Of a stretch of 64,000 nucleotides of DNA, positions 58,745 through 64,000 are shown in pieces. The stretch is from assembly GCA_037447605.1 (NCBI GenBank), contig CM074823.1, forward strand, positions 620,001 to 684,000. Reading direction: 5' to 3'. The translations under genes were made by a program, and so were the position numbers. The notes beneath the pieces are model-generated. The model was not told the DNA's origin. It saw only the letters and a list, made by a program, of their open reading frames with translations, and ran no database searches. The DNA comes from Zygnema circumcarinatum SAG 698-1b (lineage: Eukaryota; Plantae; Zygnematophyceae). Every line of letters starts with the position of its first letter. Positions within the stretch are counted from its first letter, which is position 1.

Positions 58745-59260
58745 TTAGCTTCTTTCTTTTATGCTTAGGTCCTTTGCGACCAGTCCCTCGTGGTTCCACA
58801 TCATGCTTTTGGCCATGTACATTTGATGGCTGCATCGCCATCGTGAGTTCAATGCCATTTTCCCCATGGCCTCCCTCTCTTGGCTATCGAGAACATGGTT
58901 GGGTTTGATTATGTTCGCATGGCCGCTTAATGTACAACAACGTGTTGGTTTATACAACCATTCATACTTGCTCTCTTGTCTGTATGCGTGTTGTGATTCT
59001 TGACATCTATTCCCTATCAAATGAATTTATCGATGCTAGGGTCTTTTAGTGATAGTATCGAAAACAGGGCGAATCAAGTTGTATCCTATCGTAGTATGTT
59101 CACCATGTATCACAAATGTTGTTCATACCATTTCAAGTTCACGTTCACAACCCCTAGCGTGAGCATCCACGACTAAGGGAAGGATGACAACTTTCTCATT
59201 ACTTCCACACCAAGTGTTGTACATGAAGGCGTGAACCACAACCCAAATCATCCACCTCCC
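58745..59260 (-). pseudogene. Degenerate coding-like segment of unknown family (possible transposon remnant)
   Basis: One minus frame reads VVHAFMYNTWCGSNEKVVILPL...EWLYKPTRCC...NHEGLVAKDLSIKERS with three internal stops. The family was not recognised. Confidence 0.3.
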
Positions 59261-59334
59261 GCCCACAACTTCACGCCCGAGCACGCGAGCGAGCAAATTC
59301 AACAGGAAAATTCGACAAAAAATTAATCAAATTC

Positions 59335-59394
59335 GACAGGAATGCCTTTCATATTGACTCCAACATGGGCGTACTCAAAACGCGGTCCCTGCAG
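59335..59394 (-). pseudogene. Isolated HIPL1 exon fragment (LQGPRFEYAHVGVNMKGIPV)
   Basis: About 60 bp similar to 54169-54230 of the intact gene (LKGPLFEYAHFGVNIKGIPV). Confidence 0.75.
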
Positions 59395-59763
59395 CATCTC
59401 GATCAGTTTCCCGGAGGTGAAATAAGGTGAAATACCTCCCCTATTTTTTGTTCTTTCAGTTCCGGTGCATGGGTGTACGAATCAGCAAAACTGTTGGTCT
59501 CTACTAAATCGCTAAGGTTATTTTGTGCTTAGGTCCGTTGCGACGAGTTCCTCGTGGTTCCCCATGATGATTTTGTTCATGCATATTTGATGGCCTCATC
59601 GCCATGCGTGAGATCAATGCCACTTCCATTCATCTCCCGTGTTCTCTCTCAAATGTCCACAAATGAGCAAACAACTCACCCTAGCCCTCCCCCCCCTCCC
59701 TCTCCCTCCCTCCCTCCCTCCCTCTCTCTCCCTCTCCCTCCCTCCCTCTCCCTCCCTCTCGCC

Positions 59764-60290
59764 ATGTCGTCGTCCATTCGAGCCCTGAATACCCTCATGG
59801 AACCCGCCCACGAGTCGCGCTTGACGCTAAACTGCATCATGGAACCGCGCCCTGACCCATTCGCCGTTGCGCGCACCCCGCAGGCCATTGCGCGCACTTC
59901 CCAGGCCGTTGCGCGCACCGTCCAGAACGTTGCGCGCACACCCCAGGCCGTTGCCCGTACCTCCCCCAGGCCCTTGCGCGCACCCCCCACGTCACCCATG
60001 AAGAAGTCTCGATCAATCACGCACGGAAATCTCCGCTCTTTGTGGCACACCACGTGCGCCAGCGTCACAATATCGGAATATATCTGGATATTGAATATTG
60101 CGATATTATCTTCAGTGACGTATCGCGAATATGTAACGACATTTTCGCAACGGNNNNNNNNNNGGCGCGCAGTACGCAAGGCGGCATTGGCGGGCGATGC
60201 TCCACGCCAACTTCTGGGTGCTCAGAGACTTCCAGCGCCTCGCGGCCGACGTGGCGCGCTGGGAGCCGCACATGCAGGCGCTCTCAAAAT
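59764..60290 (+). CDS. Fragmentary unknown protein with AVARTxQ heptad repeats, broken by an N gap
   Basis: 21-bp repeats at 59863-59988 vary mainly at synonymous positions in the + frame. A GC-rich terminal exon-like piece after the gap reads AQYARRHWRAMLHANFWVLRDFQRLAADVARWEPHMQALSK*. Linkage across the gap is not proven. Confidence 0.35.
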
Positions 60291-60917
60291 GATACATGAA
60301 TAAGCTATTTACGATATTTAGGTGTTTACCCGTATTTGAGGAGGCCTGTTGATCAGTCGCAAAAAACTATACGGCGAAAATTTGGCTGAAGTTAGCAAAT
60401 CCTTCAGATTGCTTGAATCCTACGTGGTCAAAACTGGGATCCACACGTGTATGCGAACATATTGAGAATTTGATCTTTTTTTCATATTGTTCAAATTCTC
60501 AAACTCGAAAACTATTCGATTCGCCTGTTCAAAAGTTCAACTGAACCTTTTTTCGTTTTTTCAATTGAACATTGAACAATTAAGTAAAAAAATGTTCGAT
60601 TTCTCAAGCAAGTTGGTAGTAGGGTAGTCCACCATAGCTTCCCCGGGAAGCTCTGGCCAAAAGTCAACGCGCTTTGGCCGTTCCTCTCCCTTTCCTTTTC
60701 CAAAAAAAAATAAAAAAATAAAAAAAAGCTCGTAAACCAGAGACCACAAACTTCCGACGCAGTTCCCAGAAGCTCTCGCGGCAGCTGCCCTCCCTCTCCC
60801 TCTCCCTCTCCCCCGCCCTCGTCCCTGAACCCCGAACTCCACATTCCCAGCCCTGAGGGGGGAGCGCTGAACTCTAAATCCTGCTCCCAGTTCGGCCCTG
60901 AACCCTCCCCCGCCGGC

Positions 60918-62632
60918 ATGGCGGCCGAGTCGGTCCTCGTGGTTTTGGTGGGGGTTCCGGCCGTGGTGGCGGTGCTGAGGTGGCGGCGGCGGAGGGAGAA
61001 GTGGGAGCAGAGCGGGCCCCTATTGGAGCTGCAGCGTCGGATTGCCGAGTACTTGCCGCACATGTGGGAGTGCTCTCACTCTCTCTCTCTCTTTCTCTCT
61101 CCCCCCCTCTCTCTCGCTTTCCTCCCCTCACTCTCTCCCTCTCCCCCTCTCTCTCTTTCTCTCTCCCCCTCTTTCTCTCTCCCCCCTCTCTCATAATAAC
61201 ATAAGCCCTGTCACGACATCGCAACCCGACAACGTCACCATCCACAGCGAGCCAGGCGGCGCACGCCACGTGCCGGTCACCAGTCCTGATTGTCTTGCCC
61301 GGAATCCAGTCAACCATTCAGCAGTGATCGTCGCACAGATCTGGCGCCGCCGCAACATCGCGCTACATGCCGGAGGCCGCTGGAGCTACGGCCACGCGTC
61401 AGCCCTCAGAGTGGGGCCCACCGCACCACGAGGCACGCAGCCCTAACGAGTGAAAGGGTTCTGCCTCGTCCGCCGATGCTCTCGTGACATGACATGATGT
61501 GACGTGACGTGACTGCCTGCCCCCCTCCCCCCTCCCCTCCCTTTCTCCTTCAGGCAGATCGACCCGCAGGGCCGCACGCCAAAATGAAGATGAAAATGTT
61601 CCGACCATTTCTGACCAAAGACAGCTCACAACATTCCTTGGCATCATTTTCATCTTATCACATATCCTTGGTAGATGCTGCCCAACCAAAGGCCGCAATC
61701 GACGGTCTGCATGACGCTGCAATGCAAATGAGAAACGAAAGCCAACGACAAAACATCCATCCCTCCCCCAAGCGTGTCTTTATGCATCCCCTGTGCATGC
61801 CACTGCCATGGTGCGTCCACTCCCTTATCATGCAATGCATGTGCAGGTCCACGCACTACTGTAGAGCCAAAATAAGTTTGACGCCTCCTCCTCTGAAGGA
61901 GCGGAGGGAGGAGAGGCGTCACGCGCCCAATAGGCATGCGACAAAAGTCGCATGCCTATTTACACTCGCTGAGGCCGCGGTCGGTCGGTGTTGTGTCGTC
62001 GCGCAGGCCCTGATCCGCCGCTTCAAGGCACGCCTGCATGCAGAGGAGACCGTCAAGAGCAGGCGGATGAAGGAAGGTCATTCTTGAAAGAAAGGGGGAA
62101 AACGACCAGCGAAGATTTTAAGTATAATAGGAAAAGCATCCGTTACTTGAATGCAACAAATGACCAGTCTAGGGATTGCAATAAGATAGCGTTTAGTGTC
62201 GAGGAAGAGGATTATAACGCATCTCTCGTTATAAAAAAAAACTAACTTCCCATGAGATAGCCTAATGATAACAAACCAAGTATTGACTGCAACGCAACTT
62301 TTTGGTGATCTTCAAGTTCAACGATTGTGCAGAATCGAATCTAGTCATTCCAAAATTATCAGAAAAAAGACAGGAACAAATTTTAACATTACGCAACAGC
62401 AGCCATAGGAGAAGGCAAGGGACAAGACGAAGAGTACCAGTATCGGTAAAGGTACGAGAGGCTCAAGGAGAACGGCTCGGAGGAGGTCGCCGAGGAGGGG
62501 GCCGACGGCTGGGAGGAGGATTACGTGGAGGGGGCCTTTTTGGAGGGGGTCGAGGACGGGGAGGAGGTGGACGCGGAGAAGGGGGTGGTGAAGCTGCAGC
62601 AAATCAGGGCATTTTATGAGTTCCTGTTCATA
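60918..62632 (+). CDS. Possible unknown gene with N-terminal membrane anchor; fragmentary exons
   Basis: ATG in good context gives MAAESVLVVLVGVPAVVAVLRWRRRREKWEQSGPLLELQRRIAEYLPH, followed by a GT and a (CT)n tract. Later exon-like pieces at ~62006-62078 (ALIRRFKARLHAEETVKSRRMKE) and ~62410-62632 (acidic, one in-frame TAA). No family recognised. Confidence 0.3.
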
Positions 62633-62741
62633 AGTAAAGGTGGACTAACTTCTTCCATAGCTTACATATTCTAATCAAAACACGCCTGTATAAACGTTCT
62701 GGGAGGATGCAGAACGAAATGAAAACCATTCAGAATGAGCT

Positions 62742-63566
62742 TACTTCAAGTCTTTTCACGTGATATTCCGTCATATATGTGCCTCTCAGGCTATGCATCT
62801 CCACGGAAAGGCAGATTCCCATGTCATTTCTTGGGCTACGCAATTTTCTCTTTAAAAAGCAGTAAAGTCAAACTAGCACGTTATCTAGCTACTGCAAATG
62901 GAGCCGAGATATGCTGTATCTTGCATGAGATTGGAATGAGTCGAGAAGATTATCGAAAGCTAAACCAATGATGTCGGAGCAGCACTCATCCTAATAAATT
63001 CTGCACCATTTTCTGAATGAGATTGCAGAGTTCACCAAGTAATACTTGCCATATGCTTCTAGAAGTTCAAGAATTGAATCTCTTCTATTGGCGGCATCAC
63101 ATGGATCGCATTCAGTGTGCTCTAACAGCAATGACAGGGTAGTAGTAGTTGATAGAACTGCTAAAAAAAAACGAATCTATGAGTTGCAAGTTGAAGCGTA
63201 CCGCGCCTAACACACGTGCCGGATGCCAGCGCATATCCCTTGTCGCATGTGCACGTGGCCGTGTCGTACCCGCACGTGCCGCGGCCCCCGCACGCTCCCT
63301 CGGGCGAACCGCTCTGGCAAAAGGCCGCGCACTCTTGCGGAGGTCTCTGCGCTTGAGGGACGCCACATTCGAGTGATGTGCCAGTGCGATAAATGCAGTT
63401 GTTGGTATAGTTGGACAAGTCGTAGACATATTCAGGGAGGCAAAAGGGTCGCCCATTTTTTGTAATGTTGATTGGCCCGGAGAAGTAGTTGCCTTGGATC
63501 CACACACGGTAAAGGTTACTGCTCGCAAGAGTTATGGAGCCTGTCAACTTGTTGTTGTCTAACCGC
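62742..63566 (-). CDS. Internal exons of an LRR + Cys-rich/EGF-like extracellular (receptor-like) protein; the gene probably begins beyond 64000
   Basis: Exon 63202-63566 (AG/GT bounded) reads RLDNNKLTGSI..QGNYFSGPI..NNCIY..C..QR..ECAAFC..CGGRGTC..CTCDKGY..C. Weaker LRR-N-cap-like pieces lie at ~63040-63121 (DSILELLEAYG) and ~62745-62830 (SLRGTYMTEYHVKRLE). Confidence 0.65.
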
Positions 63567-64000
63567 CTGATGACATTAAGGGTGGCGTGTTAGAGAGAGA
63601 GAGAGGAGCTTTCCAACAAAACCCGTTCAAGTCTTCTTTGAGTCACTGCCACTGGAAACATTTGCTTCTGCTCTCTGCAAAGTCTCTGACTCCGTCTTCA
63701 CGACCCTACGCAACTTTCAGCCTTCAAACACTAAACCGAATTCAGCCTGCAATCCCATGAACCCTGAACCCACTAAACCCCCATAGCTTCTAAACCCCAT
63801 GACCTGTAAGTCCCTAATCCCCTCGAATTATAAGACCTAAAACCTTTAGGGGTAAACCCTAACCCTAATCCGTAAACTCTAAATACTACACTCCAGAAAA
63901 TAAAGTCCAATCTCCCGCATGCATAACTGAGCGTCATTGTGCGCCAAAAAATCCTGCGCTGTGACAGAAGTGACTAAACCACAACCATGTTGAATAAAAA

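Noticed and set aside
60512-61063. 183-aa minus-strand ORF as a gene
   Set aside because: No family motif. The + strand frame over the same bases has a better start context and a membrane-anchor pattern, though neither is proven.

Overview
Eukaryotic, intron-rich genomic DNA from a draft assembly with eight 10-N gaps. Plant-type genes, TTTAGGG-like repeats and GC-rich codons suggest a streptophyte green alga (inference). Most long ORFs in the supplied track are microsatellite artefacts, so I rebuilt genes by hand from splice sites and recognisable motifs. Genes: LAF3-like amidohydrolase (-, 3764-12111) head-to-head with a UVR3 (6-4) photolyase (+, 14761-26673); two HIPL1-like genes in a long inverted duplication (damaged + copy 28730-34200, intact - copy 53265-57541); an intronless CAMK-group kinase pseudogene; an At5g52880-like F-box gene (+, 39413-42810); a secreted unknown-domain/GDSL fusion gene lacking its 3' end (-, 45992-50788); and LRR/EGF-like exons at the right end. 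Non-coding content: a 3.2-kb 25-bp satellite, a 2.8-kb intronic (CACTTTT)n array, many interstitial telomere-like tracts and several dispersed repeats. The best candidate for something new is a 454-bp miniature LTR retrotransposon (TRIM) whose 130-bp LTRs carry a tRNA-Pro-like Pol III promoter segment, analogous to the 5S-bearing Cassandra elements. Several exon duplications and lesions are probably assembly artefacts.
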